A stretch of DNA of 53,465 nt from Pirellula sp. (GCA_044344575.1 JBIJCS010000001.1:1-53465), one strand, 5' to 3'. Positions 29,904 to 41,130 are shown, numbered from the stretch's first letter. Notes: generated from the letters alone by a model not told the origin. A program made the numbers and translations.

Positions 29904-30989
29904 ATGAGCATTCATTCGGAATTCCATCGACGAAGTTCTCCACTGGTATCGCGGCGCAGACTTTGTAAGCAACTTCTGCTGCTTTTACCAATCCTGCAAT
30001 TCTCCCCCTCGTCGCAAGGGCAGGATGATCCGGAAGCGTCAAAGGAAGCTACGAAAGGCATTACGTTCTTTGCTCCACGAAAACTTGATTTCCAGTTCGG
30101 GATGAGGTTCAAGTCCAACGATAATTTCTGCTCGAATCTTTTCGCCACGATTGCGTTTCCAACCGATTGGCCTGAGCAGAAGGTTCAAGTGAAGCAGTCG
30201 AATATACCGCCGAATGCGCAATGGCAGTTCCGAGATCTACCCCCAAACGCACCGACGACGGCTCGACAAATGCTGATGAGTATTCCGGGTCTGCAACCGG
30301 GAGGGCAACTCGACATGCTTTTTGATGTGGAGGTAGTGAAGTCATTTATTGATCCGCCTTCCGACACAAGTGTTTTTGTAATACCCAAAAAGGTCCCAAA
30401 AGAGCTCAATTGGTTCATGGGTAATAGTCCAATGATTGATGCGAACGCATCGGATATCAAGAGAATCGCCAAGAGCATTAAAGATTCGAAGCCCGAAACG
30501 GCTTGGGCTCAGGTCGAAGCGATCTACGATTGGGTGCGTGAAAACATCGAGTATCGCAATGGACCAATTCGTAACACCCGGGAGGCGATGAAGGACAAGC
30601 AAGGTGATTGTGAGGAGATGACAGGGATCTTCATCGCATTGTGCCGTGCAAGCGGAATCCCAGCGCGATGCGTTTGGATTCCCGATCATTGTTACCCGGA
30701 GTTTTACCTTGAAGACGACGAGGGGAAAGGACACTGGTTTCCTTGCCAAGTTGCGGGGGATCGGCAATTCGGTCAAATGCACGACTACCGACCTATACTC
30801 CAAAAGGGAGATCGGTTTAAGGTTCCTGAATACACCTCCCCGCAACATTACTTGTCAGAGTTTTTCCGATGCAATCAAAAATCCGTAGGGCCTCGAGATC
30901 CAGAAGTGGAACCTGTTTTGGATTTGGGACCACTACGCGAGGAAATCGATGCCTTGCAAGCTCAAGCGCCCGGGAACACCCGTCCTTAG
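29904..30989 (+). CDS. Transglutaminase-like domain protein, probably exported
   Basis: IYDWVRENIEY, GDCEE (catalytic Cys), LCRASGIPAR, HCYPEFY; N-terminal SRRRL followed by a hydrophobic stretch. Confidence 0.85.
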   Translation: MSIHSEFHRRSSPLVSRRRLCKQLLLLLPILQFSPSSQGQDDPEASKEATKGITFFAPRKLDFQFGMRFKSNDNFCSNLFATIAFPTDWPEQKVQVKQSNIPPNAQWQFRDLPPNAPTTARQMLMSIPGLQPGGQLDMLFDVEVVKSFIDPPSDTSVFVIPKKVPKELNWFMGNSPMIDANASDIKRIAKSIKDSKPETAWAQVEAIYDWVRENIEYRNGPIRNTREAMKDKQGDCEEMTGIFIALCRASGIPARCVWIPDHCYPEFYLEDDEGKGHWFPCQVAGDRQFGQMHDYRPILQKGDRFKVPEYTSPQHYLSEFFRCNQKSVGPRDPEVEPVLDLGPLREEIDALQAQAPGNTRP

Positions 30990-31073
30990 GGTATTGGTAG
31001 CAAGGAACGGTAGGACGACTTAGACGCTCCTCTTGCGACGTTTGCTCGTGCTTTTTAACTGACAGGACTTAAA

Positions 31074-31355
31074 GTGGCTCATCCGAAATGCGATCGATGT
31101 CAAAACGAAGTAGATTTAGCTCGTGAAATTCACTACTGCATTACCATTGAAATCGAAGCGGGAGGATTTGTCGATGCAAGAGAGGTCGACGAACCACTTG
31201 ACGCCATCGATCGTCTCGACGGATTGCTTGACGATGCAGATGAGTTGTGTGAAGCCGATTTCGAAGATGCATGGTTTCAAAGTAAGCAATATGTGTTGTG
31301 TCAATGCTGTTACCAAGAATACATAAAGAACCCATTGGCAAGGTCGAATTCCTGA
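31074..31355 (+). CDS. Small acidic protein with two CxxC motifs (putative Zn-binding)
   Basis: GTG start with AGGA upstream; CDRC near the N-terminus, LCQCC near the C-terminus, acidic core; stop 2 nt before the next ATG. Confidence 0.7.
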   Translation: MAHPKCDRCQNEVDLAREIHYCITIEIEAGGFVDAREVDEPLDAIDRLDGLLDDADELCEADFEDAWFQSKQYVLCQCCYQEYIKNPLARSNS

Positions 31356-31357
31356 AC

Positions 31358-32926
31358 ATGCTTTTTCGGGTCGCAAGGCATCCTTTGAACCGTGTGCTTG
31401 TTGGGTTTTCTGATCTTCTACGTTTCCCCTTGGTTGTGGGGCTGTTCCTTATCTGTTCAAGTTCATACACCTCGCTTACCGCGCAAGCTCAGTCGCACGA
31501 AGGGAAAAGCATCTCGATTCATGGGGTTGCAACTGTCCCGAGGGTTGTCTTTGACGCATATCATTCACATACCTGGATCGATACCCTTCCAGTGCCTGGG
31601 CTGAATGATTATCACTTGCTCACTAACCTGACGCGCGCATGGAAATCTCTAGAGTCGCAGGGCTGGGAATCTCGATTGCAGCTTTCTGCTTGGGATTCGC
31701 AAGCACTTGAGTCGACTGATCTTGTGGTTCTCAATTTGCCTTCGGCAGATCTTCCTCCGTTCTTAGTGCCAGAAGTCATCGCTTTGCGCGATTACGTCAT
31801 GCAAGGAGGAGGTCTTGTTGTCATCTTAGACCATACCAACTGTTACTTTCATCAGCATGTGCTCGGATCGCTATTTGCGGAACTGGATATAGTTCTTTGG
31901 AACGAGACCGCTTGTGATCGTGTTCCGCACAAGCTGGCTAGCGGCAACGCTTGGCTTCGGATCCGAGGTTTTTCAGAGCATCCGATTGTCAATGGACTTC
32001 AGGAAATTGGCGTACAGACGGCAGGGGTTACTGATTCTCGCTTTGGGATCGCTTGGACAGGGACGCAAGGTTGGGGGGATCTAGGTAGAGTTCCGAAGTA
32101 CGGCGAGGGACAGGATGTTGGGTTTTTCGGAGATTTTCAACAACAACCGCACGAGCGAACAGGGCCTCTTCCGGTTGTAGCAGCGAAGGAATTTGGGAAA
32201 GGTCGGATTGTTGTCATTGCAGATCAAAATCTTGTTGGAAGTATGTTCCTCCCGTATGCGGACAATCGAAAGCTATGGATCCAAGCTACTGAATGGGCGA
32301 GCGGTCGTGAACCGTTAGAACCGATCAAAACTAAAAAGTGGGGGGAGGGCGAACGCACAGTCGTATGGTGTTATGAACCGATCGCAATGAACAAAGCTTA
32401 CTGGGGATCGACCGATCCAGACCGGCTTTATCATGCCTATGGCCTGCTATCGAAGCATACCGAACCTCATGTTACCGATCGGGTTGTTCCTGAGTCTCAA
32501 TGGCTTTTTATCCCGGATGATGATTTATTTGAAAATCCTGAAGTAACGCGTTTGGCACAGCAATTTATTCAATCAGCCGAACGGCATTTGGTGGTCCTAT
32601 CGTCGTCGAAAGAAGTTGGCGAATCACCTAATCGCAGTGATGTTGTTCCACCATGGTTGATTTCACTCGTGGGGGAAAATAACGATCCATTGGATTTTGC
32701 GCAAGGTACAGGGGGATCGAACTTGACGAGTTGGAAGTTGATCAATGGGACAAAGATTCACGTAGCCTCAAAGGTCCATTGGGACAATCGCGCGATTGCA
32801 TCGCCATATAAGACGCGCAACGAGGATCAAGAGCGGGAGGACTTGGCTCGGTTAGAACACTTTTGGAACAATGGGATGTACCGTGTCGATCCGATCGATC
32901 AGGAATTTCATATTCCCAACGAATAG
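31358..32926 (+). CDS. Exported protein with GATase-like/DUF4350-type domain
   Basis: Signal-like N-terminus; VVFDAYH, LRDYVMQGGGLVVILDH, GKGRIVVIAD, NRKLW motifs. ATG at 31358 preferred. Confidence 0.65.
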   Translation: MLFRVARHPLNRVLVGFSDLLRFPLVVGLFLICSSSYTSLTAQAQSHEGKSISIHGVATVPRVVFDAYHSHTWIDTLPVPGLNDYHLLTNLTRAWKSLESQGWESRLQLSAWDSQALESTDLVVLNLPSADLPPFLVPEVIALRDYVMQGGGLVVILDHTNCYFHQHVLGSLFAELDIVLWNETACDRVPHKLASGNAWLRIRGFSEHPIVNGLQEIGVQTAGVTDSRFGIAWTGTQGWGDLGRVPKYGEGQDVGFFGDFQQQPHERTGPLPVVAAKEFGKGRIVVIADQNLVGSMFLPYADNRKLWIQATEWASGREPLEPIKTKKWGEGERTVVWCYEPIAMNKAYWGSTDPDRLYHAYGLLSKHTEPHVTDRVVPESQWLFIPDDDLFENPEVTRLAQQFIQSAERHLVVLSSSKEVGESPNRSDVVPPWLISLVGENNDPLDFAQGTGGSNLTSWKLINGTKIHVASKVHWDNRAIASPYKTRNEDQEREDLARLEHFWNNGMYRVDPIDQEFHIPNE

Positions 32927-33043
32927 ATTCTAGATTCTTGCGGAATCATTGTGTGGGTACTTACTCGAATCCACGCATGGAATCGGTTACGATAAAGGTC
33001 TGTAGACACACTCCTCTCCCCCGTCAGTATCGGACAAAGATTC

Positions 33044-34540
33044 ATGCAAGCCATACTGGCACTCGACCAAGGGACAACCAGTTCTCGTGCAATTTTGTAC
33101 TCCCACGAAGGCAAAGTGCTTGGGGTGGCGCAGAAAGAGTTCCAGCAGTACTATCCTGAGGGAGGTTGGGTGGAACATGATGCGATAGAAATTTGGCAAT
33201 CGCAGTTGGAAGTGGCCAAGCGAGTTCTATCGGAATGCGGCTTGACCGCCAAGGATATCGCAGCGATTGGGATTACAAATCAGCGAGAGACGACAGTGGT
33301 TTGGAATCGCAAGACAGGGCAACCGGTGCACCGAGCCATCGTGTGGCAAGATCGTCGTACTGCTCCTTATTGTGATGAATTGAAGCGATCTGGGATTGCG
33401 GATCAAATGACAGCCACGACAGGACTGGTGGTGGATCCGTATTTTTCCGGTACTAAGTTGCGCTGGATCTTGCAGAATGTCCCTGGGGCCCGAGGTCAGG
33501 CCGAGCAAGGAGAACTTGCTTTTGGAACGATAGACACTTGGCTGCTGTGGAATCTAACCGGAGGGGTGACGCACCAAACTGACGTCAGCAATGCATCGAG
33601 AACTCTATTGATGGATCTGAAGACACTTGATTGGGATAGGGAGATCTTGAAGCTCTTTGATATTCCAGCGGGAGTGTTGCCGTCGATCCATTCGTCGAGC
33701 GAGCGATATGCGGAGACATCCAGCCAGTGGTTTGGTGCCCCTATTCCAATAGCTTCGATGGCTGGGGATCAACAAGCAGCTTTGTTCGGGCAGAATTGCA
33801 CGCAACCGGGAATGGCGAAAAACACCTATGGCACAGGTTGTTTCATGTTGATGAACATTGGGGCGGTTCCGATCGCCTCGCAGCAGCGGCTCTTGACCAG
33901 TGTGGCTTGGAGACGTAACACCAAAACGGAATATGTGTTGGAAGGATCTGTCTTCATTGCTGGAGCAGCAATTCAATGGTTGCGAGATGGTTTGAAGATC
34001 ATCCATTCTGCGGCGGAAGTTGAGGAATTAGCGAAGCAGGTTCCCGATAGCGACGACGTGTACTTGGTACCGGCGTTTGCGGGGCTTGGAGCACCTTATT
34101 GGGATGCGTATGCACGTGGGACGATTGTGGGGATCACTCGGGGGACGACCGCAGCACATCTTGCGCGCGCGGCCTTGGAGGGAATCGCGTTTCAAGTCGC
34201 GGATGTGTTGACCGCGATGGAAAAAGATTCAGGTAGAGCGATTACGGAGTTGCGAGTCGACGGTGGGGCAAGCGCAAACGACTTACTGATGCAGTTCCAA
34301 GCAGACATACTGCAATGTCCAGTTGTACGACCGAAAATCATTGAAACGACTAGTCTTGGTGCTGCATTTTTGGCGGGGCTTGCCGTCGGGTTCTGGAAGG
34401 ACATCCCTGAAATCGAACAGATTTGGCAGACGGATCGTCGATTTGAACCTTCAATGAGTGCGGATCAAGCAAGGTTACGAAGAGAGCGTTGGGCGGATGC
34501 GTTGGGGCGGTCTCGCGATTGGGATCGACCAAGTACCTAA
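33044..34540 (+). CDS. glpK: Glycerol kinase
   Basis: [50 protein letters not shown]. Confidence 0.97.
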   Translation: MQAILALDQGTTSSRAILYSHEGKVLGVAQKEFQQYYPEGGWVEHDAIEIWQSQLEVAKRVLSECGLTAKDIAAIGITNQRETTVVWNRKTGQPVHRAIVWQDRRTAPYCDELKRSGIADQMTATTGLVVDPYFSGTKLRWILQNVPGARGQAEQGELAFGTIDTWLLWNLTGGVTHQTDVSNASRTLLMDLKTLDWDREILKLFDIPAGVLPSIHSSSERYAETSSQWFGAPIPIASMAGDQQAALFGQNCTQPGMAKNTYGTGCFMLMNIGAVPIASQQRLLTSVAWRRNTKTEYVLEGSVFIAGAAIQWLRDGLKIIHSAAEVEELAKQVPDSDDVYLVPAFAGLGAPYWDAYARGTIVGITRGTTAAHLARAALEGIAFQVADVLTAMEKDSGRAITELRVDGGASANDLLMQFQADILQCPVVRPKIIETTSLGAAFLAGLAVGFWKDIPEIEQIWQTDRRFEPSMSADQARLRRERWADALGRSRDWDRPST

Positions 34541-34560
34541 GTAAGATTGGAGTACCTGTT

Positions 34561-36117
34561 GTGAATCGCGACCAAGCACTCAAGCTATTGCAGACCACGC
34601 CCCGCTGGAACATGCTCGTCGTCGGTGGAGGGGCGACTGGAGCGAGTATCGCACTTGATGCCGCAAGTCGAGGATTGCGCGTCGCGCTGATCGAAAGAGA
34701 TGATTTTGGAAAAGGAACATCGTCGCGTTCTACCAAGTTGGTTCATGGAGGGGTTCGGTATTTGGCCCAAGGCAACGTGAGTCTGGTGCGAGAAGCGCTA
34801 CACGAGCGGACATTGCTCAGAGGGAATGCACCGAATGTGGTTCATGAGCTTTCGTTTCTAGTACCTTGCGCAAATCGTTTGCAACACTGGTACTACGGAC
34901 TCGGATTCATCGTCTACGATCTTCTAGCCGGACGAAGTGGTTTTACCAAAGCAAAACGGTTGGGGTTGCAAGAGTGCCAGCAGAGAGTACCCACGATTGC
35001 ACCCTCGAAATCCAAATTTGGGATTCTGTATTCGGATGGTCAGTTTGATGATAGTCGATTATTGATAGACATCGTTAAGACTGCTAGTTCTCAAAGTGCT
35101 GTTGTATGCAACTACATTGAGGCGACTGGACTGCTAAAGAACGATCAGGGGAGAGTGATTGGGGTGCACGTAGCTCAACGTGAGTTCGGGGGACATGGGC
35201 CTGAGACTTTCGCAATTACTGCAGATTGCGTGATCAACGCAACCGGGCCATTTTGCGATGAACTGCGGATAGCAAATGATCAAACGACCAAACCGATGAT
35301 TGCTCCTAGTCAAGGCGTTCACATCGTCTTGGATAAGAGTTTTCTTCCTGGCGACTCTGCTGTGATTGTTCCGAAGACGAGTGATGGACGTGTGATTTTC
35401 ATGATACCGTGGTTGGGGCACACCGTCATTGGCACAACGGATACTCCGATTGGCGAGGCGGTGAGCGAACCAATAGCCCGCGAGGAGGAAATTGAGTTTC
35501 TGCTGAAGACTTCGTCAGAGTATCTGATCAAGCAACCCAAGCGATCCGATATTTTAAGTGTCTTTACGGGCATTCGACCGCTTGTTCGCTCAGGATCCGT
35601 CGGTAAAACATCCAAGCTTTCTCGTGATCACACCATTGAGATTGCGTCCAGTGGATTGATCACGATTACAGGTGGAAAGTGGACGACTGCAAGAAAAATG
35701 GCGCAGGACTGTGTGGATCAGGCTCTGGTTCACTCGACCATGAACGGAGTACAACCACGCCCATGCACAACTCGCACTCTTTCGCTCAACAGGGACGATG
35801 CGTCAACCGTGAATTTGTTACTCCGGGAGAACCCCGCATTTGAAGAACCGCTCATTGCCGGATATCCTGATCGACTGGTGGATGTCGTTTTTGCTGTTCG
35901 GTATGAAATGGCCCGCAGCATTGAGGATGTTCTTGCTAGACGCACACGATTATTGTTTCTCAATGCTGCTGCAGCATTGCAGGTAAGCCCTACTGTCGCG
36001 CGAATACTCGCGGATGAGTTGAATAAAGATTCTTTTTGGATCGAAGAACAATTGAAGCGATTCCGAGAGACCGCGACTAATTACCTTCCCTCTCGTACAA
36101 CCCTTGCTAAAACATGA
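34561..36117 (+). CDS. glpD: FAD-dependent glycerol-3-phosphate dehydrogenase
   Basis: GTG start at 34561 with GGAG upstream; VGGGATG, GTSSRSTKLVHGGVRYL, INATGP, GTTD, SRDH, GGKWTT, RRTRL. Confidence 0.95.
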   Translation: MNRDQALKLLQTTPRWNMLVVGGGATGASIALDAASRGLRVALIERDDFGKGTSSRSTKLVHGGVRYLAQGNVSLVREALHERTLLRGNAPNVVHELSFLVPCANRLQHWYYGLGFIVYDLLAGRSGFTKAKRLGLQECQQRVPTIAPSKSKFGILYSDGQFDDSRLLIDIVKTASSQSAVVCNYIEATGLLKNDQGRVIGVHVAQREFGGHGPETFAITADCVINATGPFCDELRIANDQTTKPMIAPSQGVHIVLDKSFLPGDSAVIVPKTSDGRVIFMIPWLGHTVIGTTDTPIGEAVSEPIAREEEIEFLLKTSSEYLIKQPKRSDILSVFTGIRPLVRSGSVGKTSKLSRDHTIEIASSGLITITGGKWTTARKMAQDCVDQALVHSTMNGVQPRPCTTRTLSLNRDDASTVNLLLRENPAFEEPLIAGYPDRLVDVVFAVRYEMARSIEDVLARRTRLLFLNAAAALQVSPTVARILADELNKDSFWIEEQLKRFRETATNYLPSRTTLAKT

Positions 36118-38966
36118 GCATTCAATTTCGCCGTCGTATTACTTTCCTTTCCATGTTGTCTGTGGTGGCAGGATGTTCTGCGCTCGGTAGTAGGTTGCAA
36201 GGACAGGATAGTCTGCCGCAAGCCTTTCCTGCGGAGAGGAGATCAGAAGGACAATCCCAAAAGGTGGATGGGATTACAAGGGAGGGCGACGGCCCAAAAA
36301 AGGGTGAAGTCGGAGTTGAGGATTCTGAACAAATCGAAAGAGATCGTGAGTTTGTTGGGGGATCCATCGAAGACTCCATTGTTACCCCTGTGAATCAACG
36401 CTTAACACCGATAGGCAAATGGCTCCCGCTGCCCGGGATGCGTCCGCAAGTCATCGCGATCTCGCCGAATGGGAAGATTGGTGTGACCAGTGGTAAGACA
36501 AGTAAGCTTGTTGTCTTCGATCCGGAAACGGCAACGATTTTGCAACAAGTCGAGTTCCCAAGTGAAGAGCAGCGGTCTGCGCCATCCCTCCCTGCTGCAA
36601 ACAATTTACAACCGGACACGAAGGCGGTTGCAAGTTTTACTGGATTGCTTTTTTCCCCGGATGGTACACAGATCTACTTGAGCAACGTGCAGGGTTCCGT
36701 GAAGGTATTCTCGGTGGATGAGGGCAATAAAGTTACGCCTTCGTATGCCATCGCGCTGCCCGATGCGAATGCTCCGAAGCGAAAACAGGAGATTCCAAGT
36801 GGATTGGCACTCAGTGACGATGGAAAGAAGTTGTATGTGTGCGGTAATTTGTCGAACCGTCTGATTGAAATCCAATTGGATACTGGGATCGCATCAAGAA
36901 CTTGGGATGTTGGAGTTGCGCCATATGACGTTCGTGTTGTAGGGGACACAGCGATTGTCAGTAACTGGGGTGGGCGTCGACCGGGTCCCAACGATTTGAT
37001 TGGGCCAGCAGGTAAGGGAACGACGGTACGAGTGGACGCTCAAAGGTACATTGCCAATGAGGGAAGCGTCAGCTTCGTGGATCTCCAAGAAAATCGAATT
37101 GAGGAAGTGCTAGTCGGTTTGCATCCATCGGGGCTCTGCGTATCGCCGGACAAAAAGTATGTAGTCTGTGCAAATGCTGGAAGTGACACCTTGAGTGTTC
37201 TGGATTTGAAATCACGCCAAGAGATCGAAAAAATTTGGACGAAAACAAATCCTGCGGAATTGTTTGGTTCGAGCCCGAACGCACTCGCCTTTGGTCAAGA
37301 CGGAGAAGAATTATTTGTTGCCAATGGAACGAACAATGCGATCGGTGTGATTGAGTTCGAACCCGAGGAGAGAGGGGAAAGCAAGTTGCGAGGTTTGATC
37401 CCGGTTGGATGGTTTCCCGGAGCCATCGCTTACGATCGTTCTCGTCGAGCACTTGCGGTTGCGAACATTAAAGGGTTGCCCACAGAACCTAGGAAACAAG
37501 GCAACGGCGCGGGTTTTAACTCTCATCAGTATAACGGTAGCCTTTCTATTTTCCCGGTTCCGCAAACCGATGCATTGCCCGCGTTATCTGAACGAGTTAG
37601 TAGGAACATTCGAACGGATGCGATGGTTCAGTCAAAGCTCCCTCCGCGTAGTGACCAACCGGCCCGTGCAATTCCGCAACGTATTGGCGAACCTAGCCTT
37701 ATCGAGCACGTTGTTTACATCATCAAAGAGAACCGTACCTTTGACCAAGTATTAGGCGATGTAGGTAGAGGGAAGGCCAATCCCGACTTGTGCATTTTTG
37801 GAAAGGAAATTACACCAAATCAGCACAAGTTAGTTGATGAATTTGTACTGCTCGACAACACCTACTGTTGTGGGATATTGAGTGCAGATGGCCATCAATG
37901 GAGCACCACGGCTTTTGCGACGGACTACCTCGAGAAGAGTTTTGCAGGTTTTCCAAGGAGCTATCCTGACGGCATGGAAGAGAGTGATATTGATGCACTC
38001 GCATACTCTCCTGCCGGTTTCATTTGGGATAATGCGGTTAAGCATGGCAAGTCGATCCGCAATTACGGCGAATTCATGATGCCGAAAGTACGGTGGAAGG
38101 ATCCCAGTCGCAAGGGGGCGGTCGATTTCCTCAGTTGCTACAAAACTTGGAAGGGGACTGAGGACTTGGTGATTTTCGAGTCGGCGCCCGGAATCGAAAG
38201 TATTCGAGACTTTTCTCCCACTGGTTACGTTGGCTGGAATATGTCCGTTCCAGATCAATTTCGCGCTGATTTCATCCTGAAGGAACTCGCTGAATTCGAA
38301 GCGAAGGGAAGCTATCCACAGATCACGCTTGTTTGTTTGCCTAATGATCACACTAGCGGAACGGCGAAGAATTGCCCCACCCCGGCGGCTTGCATGGCTG
38401 ACGGAGACCTAGCAACTGGGCGTATCATCGAAGGATTGAGCCATTCGAAGTTCTGGTCCAAGATGGCGGTGTTTGTCATCGAAGATGATCCGCAAGCTGG
38501 TTGGGACCATGTTAGCGGCTACCGGACTACTGCTTTTGTTGTCAGTCCCTATGTTAAGCGTGGTGCGTTGGTCAGCACCCAGTACAACACGACCAGCCTG
38601 CTTCGTACGATGGAGCAAATTTTAGGATTACCTCCGATGAATCAGTTCGATGCGAGTGCAACGCCGATGTTTGATTGTTTTACGGATACACCTGATTTGC
38701 GACCTTTCGATGCTGTGCCGGTCCAAGTTCCACTTGATCAGATGAATCCTGGCTCCGTAGCACTTCAGAATCCACTTCTGAAACTCCATGCACAGTGGTC
38801 CGACGCAATGAATTTCGAAGAGATTGATCGAGCACCAGAAGACCAATTGAATCGAGTCCTATGGCATGCGATGCGAGGTGCGGCGACGCCTTATCCTGAC
38901 TGGGCAATTGGAGCTCACGAAGAAGACGACGAAGAAGAGGAAAAAGCTCTGAAGATAGATCGCTAA
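36114..38966 (+). CDS. Exported YVTN-type beta-propeller plus phosphoesterase (alkaline-phosphatase superfamily) protein
   Basis: N-terminal RRR and hydrophobic signal; propeller repeats (SPDG..IY, VGVAP, VGLHP, VGWFP); HVVYIIKENRTFDQ, SADGH, LPNDHT, EDDPQAGWDHV. Start overlaps glpD stop. Confidence 0.85.
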   Translation: MSIQFRRRITFLSMLSVVAGCSALGSRLQGQDSLPQAFPAERRSEGQSQKVDGITREGDGPKKGEVGVEDSEQIERDREFVGGSIEDSIVTPVNQRLTPIGKWLPLPGMRPQVIAISPNGKIGVTSGKTSKLVVFDPETATILQQVEFPSEEQRSAPSLPAANNLQPDTKAVASFTGLLFSPDGTQIYLSNVQGSVKVFSVDEGNKVTPSYAIALPDANAPKRKQEIPSGLALSDDGKKLYVCGNLSNRLIEIQLDTGIASRTWDVGVAPYDVRVVGDTAIVSNWGGRRPGPNDLIGPAGKGTTVRVDAQRYIANEGSVSFVDLQENRIEEVLVGLHPSGLCVSPDKKYVVCANAGSDTLSVLDLKSRQEIEKIWTKTNPAELFGSSPNALAFGQDGEELFVANGTNNAIGVIEFEPEERGESKLRGLIPVGWFPGAIAYDRSRRALAVANIKGLPTEPRKQGNGAGFNSHQYNGSLSIFPVPQTDALPALSERVSRNIRTDAMVQSKLPPRSDQPARAIPQRIGEPSLIEHVVYIIKENRTFDQVLGDVGRGKANPDLCIFGKEITPNQHKLVDEFVLLDNTYCCGILSADGHQWSTTAFATDYLEKSFAGFPRSYPDGMEESDIDALAYSPAGFIWDNAVKHGKSIRNYGEFMMPKVRWKDPSRKGAVDFLSCYKTWKGTEDLVIFESAPGIESIRDFSPTGYVGWNMSVPDQFRADFILKELAEFEAKGSYPQITLVCLPNDHTSGTAKNCPTPAACMADGDLATGRIIEGLSHSKFWSKMAVFVIEDDPQAGWDHVSGYRTTAFVVSPYVKRGALVSTQYNTTSLLRTMEQILGLPPMNQFDASATPMFDCFTDTPDLRPFDAVPVQVPLDQMNPGSVALQNPLLKLHAQWSDAMNFEEIDRAPEDQLNRVLWHAMRGAATPYPDWAIGAHEEDDEEEEKALKIDR

Positions 38967-39025
38967 TCAGAAGTGCGGAGAGTTCTCTACGCTATCGTTT
39001 CCGTGATGGCGACTGTTGGGCCAAA

Positions 39026-39721
39026 TCAATCTTCAGGGGCGGATTCGTAGGGTAGCGATTCGATCAGAATGTCCTTATCTATCCGTTGAAGAAATGGCTT
39101 TAATAATCGGAGATTGTTCTCTGCATCCCTTTGAGTCATTTTGTTGTCTACGCAATTCATAACAATACGGTCGATACGAAGGCTGAACTGAAGTGCGCAG
39201 TGGACGGTAGAGAGCACTTGATGCACACAGCCTAAGCGGTTTGCAGCGACAATAATCAGAGGGTAATTCAACTGTCTTGCAAGATCGGCGTTGGTCATGT
39301 TCCAAGTGATCGGAGATAGCAGGCCGCCTGCCCCTTCTACCAATAGCCAATCGCAATGAGGGTACCAGGCAAATGCTCCGTTTACGAGAAGGGATTCATC
39401 GATAGTGGAGTGAGATATTTCAGCGGCGATGGGGGGAGCGAATGGAGGCAAGAAACATTGAGGATTGATGAGACTCAACGGGAATGCGTCTCCCATCGCA
39501 AGATTCATTCGTGCCGCATCGCTGCGTGCATCTTCTCTTGGGAATCCGCTTGCCACCGGCTTATATCCTCCGACTCGCACGTTGGCATACCGCATCGTTC
39601 GTAGCAAATGCGAGACATAAAACGTTTTTCCGACGTCGGTGTCCGTACCGGCGATAAAGCGTCCATGAGGCAAGCCTGGGGAATGCTCAATCGGCAACTC
39701 TCGAAATCCTATCCAGGTCAT
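39026..39721 (-). CDS. bioD: Dethiobiotin synthase
   Basis: FIAGTDTDVGKT, YKPVASG, VEGAGGLLSP, RLGCVH; ATG at 39721 overlaps the upstream stop (ATGA). Confidence 0.92.
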   Translation of the reverse strand: MTWIGFRELPIEHSPGLPHGRFIAGTDTDVGKTFYVSHLLRTMRYANVRVGGYKPVASGFPREDARSDAARMNLAMGDAFPLSLINPQCFLPPFAPPIAAEISHSTIDESLLVNGAFAWYPHCDWLLVEGAGGLLSPITWNMTNADLARQLNYPLIIVAANRLGCVHQVLSTVHCALQFSLRIDRIVMNCVDNKMTQRDAENNLRLLKPFLQRIDKDILIESLPYESAPED

Positions 39722-41076
39722 CCTTTGACTTCCTCTGCGGCGATGGCGACGTGTTTGGGGCCTATCTTTGTCAGCAAGAGCCAACGCACTTCGCTCGCCG
39801 ACTTATTGGTAATGAGTTCTCTTTGAAGTTTCACCAGATCGATATCAATATTGCGGCTTTTTAGTTCCCAACGTTTCGTATCTACGGAGCGAGTATAGGC
39901 TTTCAGTTTCTTTCGATCCAACGGTAGGATCTCGTGGACGCGGAACCAGCGGAGCATGGGATGCTCGAGGATTGATGGTGCATGAAAATATCCGAATTCG
40001 TTGCCTAAAACTCTTGCACCTAATCGCCGAGCGAGTGCAGAACTGCATTGGGCCGCTCTAAGTACAGGGTCTTGGTCAGCAACATAATTTCCTAATTGCA
40101 AGCGAGTGAAATCGTCATCGAGGAAGTGCGTTGAACCATGCTCGTAGGAGCCTGCATGCCAAGTCCCGGAATCGAAATGCCGAAACACTTCATTTCCGGT
40201 GATTTCGTTTTCCGAGAACTGTTCATGAATCCAAAGGCCATCGCTGCGCTGCAGGCTAACGATTCGTTTTCCGCTACCCCAACGAGGAAGGCGCCAGTAG
40301 AGCCGTTGTTGCCGTACTGAACCGTCCCGAGATAGCCAACGCCGCGCATCGGGGGGACCACACGCACCCCACTCGAACCCTTGTGTGGTTTGAAAGCCTG
40401 GTGCGATTTTGATCGAAGCCCCTTTGCATCGGTAAAGTGCGGTTGCGATCGAATCCCACGCAGGTTGCATCTGTTGCAATTGAATGTGCTTATGCCCATC
40501 GGCTCGCCGGTCGGGATCCATATGAAGCCAGACATCCTCGCTCAGCGTAATGTCTTCGAACCTGGACTCAATCGGCTGTACCAGGAATCCATTGTTTCGG
40601 CTGTTCAATGCGGTCAGACTACAAGCGATACTACTGGCGTCAACCGGAACTACCAAATCCGCGGGTGTGTCTGTGGACCGAAGGGGTTCAGTTGAAGTGA
40701 TTGCGGCGCCGAGCATGCGACGAGACAATGCAACCGTGTCGACTCCTGCCCCAGAACAAATGTCGATAACGGGTTGCCCCATGGGGAAGTCGTTTGCGGT
40801 TTCCGCCGCCGTCCATTCGTCAGATGCCTGTTCAAGCAATCGTTGAGTCCAACGCCAGCGTGCTGGATCGATCACTTTTCGCTTGGCGCTACCCATGGCG
40901 AAGGCAAGCTGTTCCTCGAGCAGTTGCTGCTGGGATGGATGAAGGGTTGCGAATACGGGAGGTAATTTCGCAGTGGCAGGCCTTTTGCGTTGGGAGTGAG
41001 CATTTGTCCATAGAAACGACCAAGCCTCGGTCGCGTCGACCGAGGCTAGCCATTGATATTCATCTGCACTGATCAC
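39718..41076 (-). CDS. Class I SAM-dependent methyltransferase with THUMP-like C-terminal domain
   Basis: LEQAS, DICSGAGVD (SAM-binding), MDPDRR, IKIAPG, and C-terminal ELKSR motif. Confidence 0.75.
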   Translation of the reverse strand: MISADEYQWLASVDATEAWSFLWTNAHSQRKRPATAKLPPVFATLHPSQQQLLEEQLAFAMGSAKRKVIDPARWRWTQRLLEQASDEWTAAETANDFPMGQPVIDICSGAGVDTVALSRRMLGAAITSTEPLRSTDTPADLVVPVDASSIACSLTALNSRNNGFLVQPIESRFEDITLSEDVWLHMDPDRRADGHKHIQLQQMQPAWDSIATALYRCKGASIKIAPGFQTTQGFEWGACGPPDARRWLSRDGSVRQQRLYWRLPRWGSGKRIVSLQRSDGLWIHEQFSENEITGNEVFRHFDSGTWHAGSYEHGSTHFLDDDFTRLQLGNYVADQDPVLRAAQCSSALARRLGARVLGNEFGYFHAPSILEHPMLRWFRVHEILPLDRKKLKAYTRSVDTKRWELKSRNIDIDLVKLQRELITNKSASEVRWLLLTKIGPKHVAIAAEEVKG

Positions 41077-41130
41077 AAGACACCAAGCTCCGTTAGGAAG
41101 TGTATCCTCGCGATTGCTCGACTCTTGGAT

